Below are positions 46,512 to 54,857 of a stretch of DNA of 64,000 bases, piece after piece (position 1 is the stretch's first letter; the number at the start of each line of letters is the position of its first letter). The stretch is taken from positions 3,332-67,331 of the forward strand of contig JAEDNW010000001.1 of assembly GCA_016302315.1 (NCBI GenBank), written 5' to 3'. This DNA is from Lentisphaeria bacterium (lineage in GTDB: Bacteria; Verrucomicrobiota; Lentisphaeria; Oligosphaerales; Oligosphaeraceae). A model generated the notes under the pieces. The model saw only the letters and a list, made by a program, of their open reading frames with translations. It did not search any database and was not told the origin of the DNA. Made by a program: the position numbers and the translations under genes.

Positions 46512-46653
46512 TCCCCGTCCCCCCCCCCCCGAAGGAGAAGCAAGGCCCCCACAACGCCCACCCTCTCTCCTCCGGCGGGGAGGTCTGATGCGCAGACTAT
46601 CATAAGTGCTTGTATATAAACAAGTTATATACATTCAACACGCCAGCTCCCTC

Positions 46654-47805
46654 ATGACCTTGATTCTCCTCCTCCTTCTTTGCCCTCTTCTCGCCCTGGG
46701 CCTGCCCGCCCAGACGGTCCAGCAGAGTCCCAAGAGTTTCCAGGAGCTACAGGAGGACTTTGCCATTCTCCAGAGTGTCCACCAGAAGAACACGGAGGAC
46801 TACCTGAACTTTTTCAAGGCCGTGGGGGAGGCCTTCCGCACTCCGGATCCGGAGGAGGCATCCCTGCGGGCTCTGCGTCTGCGGCGGGAGGGGCTGCTGC
46901 TGCTCCAGAGTCTGGAGCGGGATCAGCAGCGCCAGGTGGAGTTCCAGAACGACCTGAGCGTGTATAGCGGGAAGCGTCAGCTCCTCAAGCAGGAGCGCAG
47001 CTACATCGCCATCTACCTGGACAAGCTCCAGAAATACGGGACGGAGCAGCAGGGGGCCATGGCGGCATTGCAGAGACAGCTGCACCAGATGGACGCCCAG
47101 CTGAACCAGCTGCCTCCCCCGAAGACCTTCACCAGCGTCCACGGCGTGGAGTTCCAGCTCATCACCCCCAAAAAGTCCCCTGCCTTCTATGTCAGCCGGG
47201 AGCCCCTGAACGCCGACCAGTTCCGGGAATTGACCCGGGCCATGGACAGCACCCTGCCGGAGCAGGATCTAAACCGCCTCTGCCAGCGCTTCCAGGAGGA
47301 AGGTCCCTCCCTCCAGGAGGCCCTGGCGCTCTCCCGGGCCGTGGGCAGGATCGGCGGATTCCCCTGTACCCTGCCCTCCCCTGAACAGGCAAAGCTCCTG
47401 GAATCTCTGGGACTGCCCTGGGAGAAGGCCGTCTGGCTGGAGGGGGGAAAGAACGAGGACATCGTGGAGAAGGAAGCCTGCCAGCGCTTCGGGGCCACCA
47501 TGGTTCAGCTCTGGGATCCCCGGGAACTCCTGGCCTCCGGCCGGCAAAGCCACATTCTCCTGGAACTACCCTGGGCACGCTATCCCGAGCTGGGATGCCT
47601 CCTGGTCACTCCCGCCCTTACCGGACAACGCCATAGGATCGCCCTGCTGGAGCAGCGGCTCCAGGAGGAAGACGCCCTCCTTTGGGAGGAGAAGCCGGTT
47701 ACCCTGGGGGAAGAAACTGAGGGGGAAGACGCCGCCGAAGCCCAGCAGGAGGACCAGCCCCCCGCCGAACCCCTCCCGGAACCCCCACAGGAGGACGCCC
47801 CATGA
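46654..47805 (+). CDS. secreted protein, function unknown (coiled-coil N-terminal half, acidic C-terminal tail)
   Basis: Start is the ATG at 46654 (MTLILLLLLCPLLALGLPAQ). I recognise no family. Confidence 0.5.
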   Translation: MTLILLLLLCPLLALGLPAQTVQQSPKSFQELQEDFAILQSVHQKNTEDYLNFFKAVGEAFRTPDPEEASLRALRLRREGLLLLQSLERDQQRQVEFQNDLSVYSGKRQLLKQERSYIAIYLDKLQKYGTEQQGAMAALQRQLHQMDAQLNQLPPPKTFTSVHGVEFQLITPKKSPAFYVSREPLNADQFRELTRAMDSTLPEQDLNRLCQRFQEEGPSLQEALALSRAVGRIGGFPCTLPSPEQAKLLESLGLPWEKAVWLEGGKNEDIVEKEACQRFGATMVQLWDPRELLASGRQSHILLELPWARYPELGCLLVTPALTGQRHRIALLEQRLQEEDALLWEEKPVTLGEETEGEDAAEAQQEDQPPAEPLPEPPQEDAP

Positions 47806-48890
47806 TCCGATTCTCTGAATTCTCCCGGCTCCTGCTGGCCCTGCTTCTCCTCCCCGCCTTCCTTCTGAAGGCCCAGACGCCTCCCCCCGCCCCGCCCCTG
47901 GGAGACGGCATCGGCATCTCCACGGCGGTGCTGGAAAGCCTCGCTCCCCAGAAGCGGGAGGACGGCGCCTCCATCAGCCGGTGCAAAGGCCCCTTCCTCC
48001 GGGAAGAGGTGCGGGGCAAGCAGTCGGAATACCAGCTTTCCGCCGCCCTCACCATCGCCGGCCCCTACCGCCAGCCCACCATCAGCCTGAAAAGCCTGGA
48101 GCGCCAGACCCTGAGCATCGTGCGGGTCTACGAGGCCTATCTCCGCACCTTCATTCCCGGCGACGCCCCCAACCAGGGCACCTACGAATACCGGAAGCTG
48201 GAGGGCGAAACCTGGGAGGAGGAAGCCAAACCCCAGACTCGCTTCCTGGACGGCGGCCCTCTGGCCAACACCAGGGTCGTCCTGGATGGCATCTCTTTGA
48301 CCACCAACGAGAACGGAGTGGTCCAGGATCCGGAGAACCGCCTGGATCTGCTCTCCCGCTTTGATGCCCTGGGCAGCCGGAACAGCCAGGTCCGCATCCA
48401 GGTGGAGGGCTATGAGAGCCTGATTCTCCCCATCATGCGCACCATGCCCCAGCGGGCGGAAAATGACGAGCGCCGGCTGGAGGAGGATGAGGCCGGGGAA
48501 CTGCTGCTGGCCTACGGGCTGGACTTCCGTCACAGCCGGGGCAAGCCGGAGCAGGAGGCCCTGACCTGCCGCGCCGTCCTGCCCAAGGGCATGGCCTACG
48601 CCGTCACCGGAGAGGCCTTCCCCCTGACGGTGGAAGTCACCAACCACGGCTCCGTCCAGACTTCCTGCCTCATTGCCCGGAGCTTCTCCCGCACCCCGGG
48701 ACTCCATGGAAAACTCTTCTACTTCGGCGCCATTGCCCCAGGGCAGACCGCCTCCTTCACCCGGCTGATCACCGTCTCCCCCCAGGAAAAGAGCAGCAAG
48801 GCCTATCTGGAGATCCGCTTCTCCGACAGCTGGAGCATCCCCCAGAAACAGATCCTCCTGGACTTCCCCCTGATCCACGGAAGCCTCTAA
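47802..48890 (+). CDS. secreted protein, function unknown
   Basis: ATGA overlap with the preceding gene. Signal peptide MIRFSEFSRLLLALLLLPAFLLKAQ. The C-terminal part looks like a beta-sandwich. Confidence 0.5.
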   Translation: MIRFSEFSRLLLALLLLPAFLLKAQTPPPAPPLGDGIGISTAVLESLAPQKREDGASISRCKGPFLREEVRGKQSEYQLSAALTIAGPYRQPTISLKSLERQTLSIVRVYEAYLRTFIPGDAPNQGTYEYRKLEGETWEEEAKPQTRFLDGGPLANTRVVLDGISLTTNENGVVQDPENRLDLLSRFDALGSRNSQVRIQVEGYESLILPIMRTMPQRAENDERRLEEDEAGELLLAYGLDFRHSRGKPEQEALTCRAVLPKGMAYAVTGEAFPLTVEVTNHGSVQTSCLIARSFSRTPGLHGKLFYFGAIAPGQTASFTRLITVSPQEKSSKAYLEIRFSDSWSIPQKQILLDFPLIHGSL

Positions 48891-48945
48891 TCCCCCTTTC
48901 TCTACTCCCTACACACCAACTCTACCCCCATATCCCCCACCTATT

Positions 48946-50238
48946 ATGATGAACTTCATCCCCATGACCGATGCCGAAGTCCAGCAGCGCTATGAACTGG
49001 CGAAGAAATCCTTTGCCGACATGGGCGTGGACACCGAAAAGGCTCTCGAAACCCTGAAGAACACCCCCATCTCCCTCCACTGCTGGCAGGGAGACGATGT
49101 CCACGGCTTCGAAGTCCACGAGGGCGCCGTCAGCGGCGGCGGCATCATGAGCACCGGAAACTACCCCGGCTGCGCCACCTCCCCGGAACAGCTGCGCTGC
49201 GACGCGGAAACCGCCCTGAAGCTGATCCCCGGCAAGAAGCGCTTCAATCTCCACGCCATCTATGCGGAAACCGACGGAAAGGTGGTGGACCGGGACCAGA
49301 TCACCCCCGAACACTTCGCCCGCTGGATGGCCTGGGCCAAGGAACAGGATGTGGCCCTGGACTTCAATCCCTCCTTCTTCGCCCACCCCCTGGCCGACTC
49401 CGGATACACCCTCTCCAACCGGGATGACAAGGTGCGGGACTTCTGGGTGCGCCACGACAAGCAGTGCCGCCTCATCGCCGCCGCAATGGGCAAGGCCCAG
49501 GGCTCTCCCTGCATCGTCAACCACTGGGTGCCTGACGGCGCCAAGGACCAGCCTGTGGACCGCCTCACCCCCAGAAAACTCCTCAAGGACTCCTACGACC
49601 GCATCTTCGCCGAAAAGCTGGATCCCGCCTGCATCCGGGACGGCGTGGAAAGCAAGGTCTTCGGCATCGGCCTGGAAGACTACACCGTGGGCTCCCATGA
49701 GTTCTACATGAACTACGTGGCCTCCCGCCCCCAGAAGGATGTGATGATCACCTTCGACATGGGACACTTCCATCCCACCGAATCGATCCACGACAAGATC
49801 TCCTCCGTGGCTGTCTTCCAGGACGAACTCCTCCTCCACGTCTCCCGACCCATCCGCTGGGACTCCGACCACGTGGTCAACTTTAACGACGACCTCCGCA
49901 ATCTCTTCCTCCAGCTGGTGCGCTGCAACTTCCTCAAGAACACCTATCTGGCCCTGGACTTCTTCGACGGCGCCATCGACCGCCTGGGCGCCTGGGTGGT
50001 GGGCACCCGCGCCGCCCAAAAGGCCCTCCTCTACGCCCTCCTGGAACCCACCCCCATCCTGGACCAGTTCGAGAAGGACAACGACAACGCCATGAAGCTG
50101 GCGCTGCTGGAAGAGCTCAAGGGGGCCCCCTGGGAAGCCGTCTACGACGAGTTCTGCCGCCGTCAGGGCACCCCCGTGGGGAATGCCTGGATCAACCAGC
50201 TCTTCGACTACGACCGCAAAGTGGCCCGCACCCGCTAG
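48946..50238 (+). CDS. rhaA: L-rhamnose isomerase
   Basis: Collinear with E. coli RhaA along its whole length: ELAK..F...G.D.E.AL..L...P.S.HCWQGDDV.GFE, TGNYPG, KR.NLHAIY, GHFHPTE, LLLHVSRP.RWDSDHVV and AAWV.GTR...KALL.ALLEP. Confidence 0.95.
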   Translation: MMNFIPMTDAEVQQRYELAKKSFADMGVDTEKALETLKNTPISLHCWQGDDVHGFEVHEGAVSGGGIMSTGNYPGCATSPEQLRCDAETALKLIPGKKRFNLHAIYAETDGKVVDRDQITPEHFARWMAWAKEQDVALDFNPSFFAHPLADSGYTLSNRDDKVRDFWVRHDKQCRLIAAAMGKAQGSPCIVNHWVPDGAKDQPVDRLTPRKLLKDSYDRIFAEKLDPACIRDGVESKVFGIGLEDYTVGSHEFYMNYVASRPQKDVMITFDMGHFHPTESIHDKISSVAVFQDELLLHVSRPIRWDSDHVVNFNDDLRNLFLQLVRCNFLKNTYLALDFFDGAIDRLGAWVVGTRAAQKALLYALLEPTPILDQFEKDNDNAMKLALLEELKGAPWEAVYDEFCRRQGTPVGNAWINQLFDYDRKVARTR

Positions 50239-50244
50239 CCTCCC

Positions 50245-50823
50245 ATGAAGAGCACACCCGTCCATGAGCCGCACCCCACCCGCCGCTACGCCATCTCGGT
50301 GATGTTCCGGGATCAGGTGGGGATTGTGGCCGATGTCGCCTCGGCCATTCAGAGCCTCCAGGGCAATCTTCTAGATGTCAGCCAGAGCGTCCTGCAGAAC
50401 TACTTCTCCATGATCCTGCTGGCGGATTTCCATCCGGAGATCCAGGAGGAGCAGATTCTCCAGGCCCTGCGTTCCCTGGCCTCCCTCCAGGGTGCCTCCT
50501 TCGGCATCCTGGCCTGCCCCCAGGAACCCGCCGCCGCCGCCGCCGTCTCCCAGGAGGATGACACATACGTCCTCACCGCCTCCGGCCCGGACCGTCCCGG
50601 CATGGTGGCCTCCCTCTCCGCCTACCTCAAGGAGCGGAACATCAACATCGTGGACCTTTCCAGCCGCAACCACGAGGGAATCTACACCATGATCTGGCAG
50701 ATCCAGATTCCCCCTGCCCTGGATGTCCAGAAGCTTCAGAGAAGCATGCAGCTGGCCTTCCAGCCCGATATGGAGATCGGCTTGCGCCACGACGCCCTCT
50801 TCCGGGTGACCAACGAAATCTGA
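50245..50823 (+). CDS. tandem ACT-domain protein (GcvR-like)
   Basis: Two ACT-like units: ISVMFRDQVGIVADVASAIQSLQGNLLDV and VLTASGPDRPGMVASLSAYLKERNINIVDL. Confidence 0.65.
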   Translation: MKSTPVHEPHPTRRYAISVMFRDQVGIVADVASAIQSLQGNLLDVSQSVLQNYFSMILLADFHPEIQEEQILQALRSLASLQGASFGILACPQEPAAAAAVSQEDDTYVLTASGPDRPGMVASLSAYLKERNINIVDLSSRNHEGIYTMIWQIQIPPALDVQKLQRSMQLAFQPDMEIGLRHDALFRVTNEI

Positions 50824-50843
50824 CCTCCCCTTGCCCTACCCCG

Positions 50844-50880
50844 CCCCTTCCCTCCTGCCAGGAAGGGGCCGTTTCTTTTC
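50844..50880 (+). terminator. terminator-like hairpin between the ACT gene and the large glycosidase-like gene
   Basis: CCCCTTCC (50844-50851) pairs with GGAAGGGG (50861-50868), followed by CCGTTTCTTTTC. It ends 5 nt before the next ATG. Confidence 0.4.
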
Positions 50881-50885
50881 TCCCC

Positions 50886-53800
50886 ATGAACGCTTCCTCC
50901 CCTTTCCTCCGCCTTTGGCTCTGCCTCCTCCTGGGAACTTCCCTCCCCCTCCTCAGCCACACCGAAGAAGGCTCCCTCCCCTTCTCCCTGATGTCCACGG
51001 CCAAGAATGACAGCCAGGCCACCCTCCAGGCGGAGGAAGCCAGGCAGCGGGAGCAGGAGGGCTATCGTCTGGAAGGGGCGGCTCTCCGGGACGCCGTCTC
51101 CATCTTCGGGGCCTCCCCCAACGCCGTCTCCCAGGACATTCTCTCCCTGCAGGCCAGGGAATCCGCTTCCGGCTTCTACAACATGCACCAGAACTGGGAC
51201 ACCTCCCGGATCCGCCAGCTGGAATTCACCCTCCGGGCCGACCAGTCCGGATTTCTGCAGTTCTCCGGCAATCTCCTGAAGGACGGCAAGAAAACCCAAT
51301 ACATGGCCACCATCGAATCCCTGATTCCCGATGGGGAATGGCACACCCTGGTGATTCCCACCGAGGACACCGCCTGGGAGGGAACCCTGACCAACTGGGA
51401 ACTGCGCTGGCTGGGAAAGGACGGCGCCCGTCTGGAACTCCAATCCATTGACGCCCTCCCCTACCGCAACGCCTTCCTCAACGCCGCCCGGCGCAGCCCC
51501 GGAAAACCCCTGGTCGCCCCCGTGCTGCGTCCCCGGGCCCAATGCCGCCTCTCCTGGCAGGGAGAAGGCCCCAATCCCGGCATCCGCCTCCACTTCCTGG
51601 ACTACAACCTGAAGGAGATACCGGGCACCTCCCTGGCGCTGCCTCCGGGCACCCAGGAGCCCCTGGAATTCACTACCCCCGAGGGCATGATTCTCACCTA
51701 CGGGGAGCTTCAGGGGGAATCCGACGGCGTCCCCGTCCTGGAGCAGGTGGCCTACTGGACCTATTTTGAATCCCGGGGGAAATGGCGGGGATCCTGGCTG
51801 TGGTTTCAGAAGGAGGAGGGTCCCAACTACTACAACATGTGGCTGGAGCGCACCTTCGACCTTCCCGAGGATCCGGAGTATGCGGTCATCACCTATCTGG
51901 CGGACGATGTGGCCTACCTCTACATCAACGGGCAGTACTGCGGCAAGAACGAGACCTGGCAGGTGCCCCAGCGGGCCGACCTCACCCATGTGCTGAAGAA
52001 GGGGCGGAACGTGATGAAGATCCGGGTCTACAACGGCGAACAGGCCGCAGGCTTTGCCGCCGACGTCTATGTCCGCGCCGGGGGGAAGGACTACACCTTC
52101 GACACCGATGAGTCCTGGCGCTGCGAATCCAAGACGAACCAGCCCCACTCCATTCCCGAAGTGGTGGACGAGCCGGTGGTGGTTCTGGGCAATCCCCACG
52201 TCACCGCCCCCTGGAAGAACGGGGCCGCCTACCGGTACGCCGGCCCCCGGGGCGTCCTGGCCCTGGAGGGAGACCCCGCCCCCGGCAGCTTCTCCGCCAA
52301 GGTGGTGACCCTGCCTCCCGAACCCATCTCCAGCCTCCGGCTCACCTTCACCGACACCCAGGAGAAAAATCCGCCCCGGGAATATCTCCTCCCCCTCACC
52401 CCGGAATCCTCCCAGTGGAACGTGGGGGACACCCTCACCTTCTCCTATCCCCTCCCTCCCCTGGAAGAGGGCACATACCGCATCACCGCCAACGATGACT
52501 ACCTGGGCATCCAGAACGAACGCCCCCTGGGCACCCTGACGGCCCCGCCACGCCCCGCCACTTCCTTCCAGCAGGCCACCTTCCAGCAGGTGGGCACACG
52601 CCCCAGAATCTTCCTGGGAGACCAGGAGGTGTCTCCCTGCTTCTGGCACGCCATCGACATGATCCGGAACCGCCGCTTCCAGGAAATGCCCCTGGCTCCC
52701 CGGGCTGGCATCCAGAACTACCGCCTGGTCCTGGATCTGAAGGAAGCCTGGGTTTCCCCGGAGGAGATTGACTACAGCAAGATGGAGGAGGCGGTGGACG
52801 CCATGCTGGCCGCCTGCCCCGAGGCCGTCTTCGCCCTCCACATCAACATCCAGATGCCCAACTGGTGGCTGGATCAGAATCCCGACCAGGTCTGCACCTT
52901 CGCCGACGGCTCCCGCACCGGCGCCGACCGCTATATGCAGAGCCTGGCCTCCCGGAAGTGGGTGGAGGACGCCTCCCAGGCCATCCGCCAGACCATCCGC
53001 TACCTGGGGGGACGCTCCTACGCCTGCCGCCTCTGGGGCATCTCCATCGCGGAAGGCCACAACGGAGAATGGTTCTGGCCCGTCACGGACAGCCGTCAGA
53101 ACTACTCCTGGGGCGGCTACAACCGATGCGACCAGGAATATTTCCGGGAGCATCTCCGCCGGAAGTACGGGACGGACCAGCAGCTCCAGAAGGCCTGGCA
53201 CAATCCCGCCGTCACCCTGGACGACCTCCCCGAACTCCCCCATTGGAAGACCGCCAGCCAGGCCACCCTGGGAATCCTCCGGGATCCCGCCAAGGAACAG
53301 CCCCTCATGGACTGGCTGGAATCCCGGAACGAAGCCCTGGGAGAGGCCATCTGCGACTTCGCCAGGGCCATCAAGGAGGAATCCCAGGGAAAACTCCTCG
53401 TCGGATTCTACTACGGCTACCTCACAGAGCTGGGATGCAACGGCTATCTCCAGCTGCCTCTGGTGGGCCACAACGGTCTCCACAGAGTCCTCCAGTCCCC
53501 CGATGTGGATTTCCTCGGCGCACCCTCCCGCTATACCTACCGGAAGACCGGGGACGCCGACGGCATCATGCACCCCTGGACCACTCTCTCCCTCCACGGC
53601 ATCGTCACCTACAACGAGATGGACTACCGCACGGCCTACTGCCGGCTTCCCGAGGCCAACACCATGCGGCACTATGTGGCCCAGGCCTCCACCGCCTATG
53701 AGAGCGTGGGGCAGCTCAACCGCTCCTTTGCCATGAATCTGGCCACCGGCATCGCCGGATACTGGTACGACCTCACCGCCGGTGAATTCTACGAGCCCGC

Positions 53801-54704
53801 CCTCCTGGATTTGATGCGGGAGCATTCCCGCATCTGGGAGAGCCTGCCCCCGGTGCAAGGCACCACCCCCTGCCAGGTGGCCATCCTGGGCAACGTGGAC
53901 AGCACCTACTGCACCACGCCCCCGGATGCCCAGGGCGTCTTCACCCACGCCATCGAGGGAATCTTCGGGCTGATGAACCAGCTGGCCATCCCCTTCGACA
54001 GCCTCCTGCTGGAGGATCTGCTGGAACCCGGCCTCCCCACGCCCCCCCGGAAACTCTACATTGTCCTTCCCACCCTGGTGCTCACCCAGGAGCAGCGGGA
54101 GGGCCTCCTGGCCCGCTTCGCCCAGGAGAAGGCCACGGTGGTCTGGCTCTACGCCGCCGGCGCCTCCTATCCCGGCGCCGCCCCCTCCCCGGACAGCAAC
54201 GGGGATTTCCTGGGATTGCGCACCCTCCTGCTGGCAAAGAAGTTCCGCCCCGTGGCCCTCACGGGCCCGGAATTCGGGGAAATCCGCTGCGAGAACCGAG
54301 CCGCCTCCCAACCCTGGTTCGTCCCCGTGGACGGCTACCACCAGGCCGTGGCCGCCGATGACCAGGGAAATCCCTGGGTGGTCCGCAAGGAAATCGACGG
54401 CGCCACCCACTACTACTCCGCCCTGATGAACCTCCCCGCGGAATTCTACCGGGTCCTCCTCCAGGAAACCGGCATCCACCAGTACGCCGACAACCAGGAC
54501 AATGACCAGTTCTGGATCGGCAACGACATCCTCTGCCTCTATGCCAGAAAGGGCGGCACAAAAACCCTCCGCCTTCCCCCCGGCACCACGGCAAAAGCCA
54601 TCCTGGGCCCCTTCACGGGAACCCTCACCCCCGACGACAACTCCTTCCCGGCCCTCCCGGGAATGGCCTACGGATTCCTCCTCCAGGAGGATCCCCGGCA
54701 CTAG
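50886..54704 (+). CDS. large secreted glycoside-hydrolase-like protein (galactose-binding-like modules plus a GH42-like TIM-barrel region)
   Basis: 1272 aa. Signal peptide ...LWLCLLLGTSLPLLSH. A jelly-roll-like segment (YLADDVAYLYINGQYCG...MKIRVYNG) is present. The central region (MPNWWLDQNPDQ..., AEGHNGEWF, YFREHLRRKYGTDQQLQKAWHNP) resembles GH42-type beta-galactosidases. The family assignment is tentative. Confidence 0.45.
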   Translation: MNASSPFLRLWLCLLLGTSLPLLSHTEEGSLPFSLMSTAKNDSQATLQAEEARQREQEGYRLEGAALRDAVSIFGASPNAVSQDILSLQARESASGFYNMHQNWDTSRIRQLEFTLRADQSGFLQFSGNLLKDGKKTQYMATIESLIPDGEWHTLVIPTEDTAWEGTLTNWELRWLGKDGARLELQSIDALPYRNAFLNAARRSPGKPLVAPVLRPRAQCRLSWQGEGPNPGIRLHFLDYNLKEIPGTSLALPPGTQEPLEFTTPEGMILTYGELQGESDGVPVLEQVAYWTYFESRGKWRGSWLWFQKEEGPNYYNMWLERTFDLPEDPEYAVITYLADDVAYLYINGQYCGKNETWQVPQRADLTHVLKKGRNVMKIRVYNGEQAAGFAADVYVRAGGKDYTFDTDESWRCESKTNQPHSIPEVVDEPVVVLGNPHVTAPWKNGAAYRYAGPRGVLALEGDPAPGSFSAKVVTLPPEPISSLRLTFTDTQEKNPPREYLLPLTPESSQWNVGDTLTFSYPLPPLEEGTYRITANDDYLGIQNERPLGTLTAPPRPATSFQQATFQQVGTRPRIFLGDQEVSPCFWHAIDMIRNRRFQEMPLAPRAGIQNYRLVLDLKEAWVSPEEIDYSKMEEAVDAMLAACPEAVFALHINIQMPNWWLDQNPDQVCTFADGSRTGADRYMQSLASRKWVEDASQAIRQTIRYLGGRSYACRLWGISIAEGHNGEWFWPVTDSRQNYSWGGYNRCDQEYFREHLRRKYGTDQQLQKAWHNPAVTLDDLPELPHWKTASQATLGILRDPAKEQPLMDWLESRNEALGEAICDFARAIKEESQGKLLVGFYYGYLTELGCNGYLQLPLVGHNGLHRVLQSPDVDFLGAPSRYTYRKTGDADGIMHPWTTLSLHGIVTYNEMDYRTAYCRLPEANTMRHYVAQASTAYESVGQLNRSFAMNLATGIAGYWYDLTAGEFYEPALLDLMREHSRIWESLPPVQGTTPCQVAILGNVDSTYCTTPPDAQGVFTHAIEGIFGLMNQLAIPFDSLLLEDLLEPGLPTPPRKLYIVLPTLVLTQEQREGLLARFAQEKATVVWLYAAGASYPGAAPSPDSNGDFLGLRTLLLAKKFRPVALTGPEFGEIRCENRAASQPWFVPVDGYHQAVAADDQGNPWVVRKEIDGATHYYSALMNLPAEFYRVLLQETGIHQYADNQDNDQFWIGNDILCLYARKGGTKTLRLPPGTTAKAILGPFTGTLTPDDNSFPALPGMAYGFLLQEDPRH

Positions 54705-54710
54705 CCCTCT

Positions 54711-54775
54711 CCCCTCTCCCCCAAAACGAGAGGGGCCCCGCCCCCCCCGAAAGGAAAAACGGGAGGCCGTTTTTT
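54711..54775 (+). terminator. two hairpins after the glycosidase-like gene, the second followed by a T-run
   Basis: CCCCTCTC (54711-54718) pairs with GAGAGGGG (54728-54735). Then AAAAACGG-GAGG-CCGTTTTT spans 54755-54774. Confidence 0.45.
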
Positions 54776-54789
54776 CCCTCCTCGCCTAC

Positions 54790-54831
54790 GGAAATCCGGG
54801 ATATATTACTCTCTCTGTTTCCCGGATTTCC
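54790..54831 (+). promoter_or_regulatory. perfect 11-bp inverted repeat (candidate operator or 5'-UTR stem) upstream of the SPFH operon
   Basis: GGAAATCCGGG (54790-54800), a 20-nt spacer containing ATATATTACT, then CCCGGATTTCC (54821-54831). It ends 27 nt before the ATG at 54858. Confidence 0.4.
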
Positions 54832-54857
54832 CTTGTATTCGCGTTCTTCTATCCCCC

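Noticed and set aside
50736-54701. 1321-aa minus-strand ORF opposite the 1272-aa glycosidase-like gene. The same pattern applies to 28647-30896, 31607-33019, 32796-34493, 35260-36633, 36369-38351, 40356-42695, 44994-46634, 47580-48878, 48922-50274 and 54849-56423 on the minus strand. It also applies to 1664-4702, 4464-6491, 7825-11595, 14962-17013 and 18541-19665 on the plus strand.
   Set aside because: Each is antisense to an ORF with recognisable family motifs (rhaA, rhaB, pgi, purL, GreA, HK/RR and others) or with a signal peptide and RBS. All have the same G/L/P/H/R-rich artefact composition.
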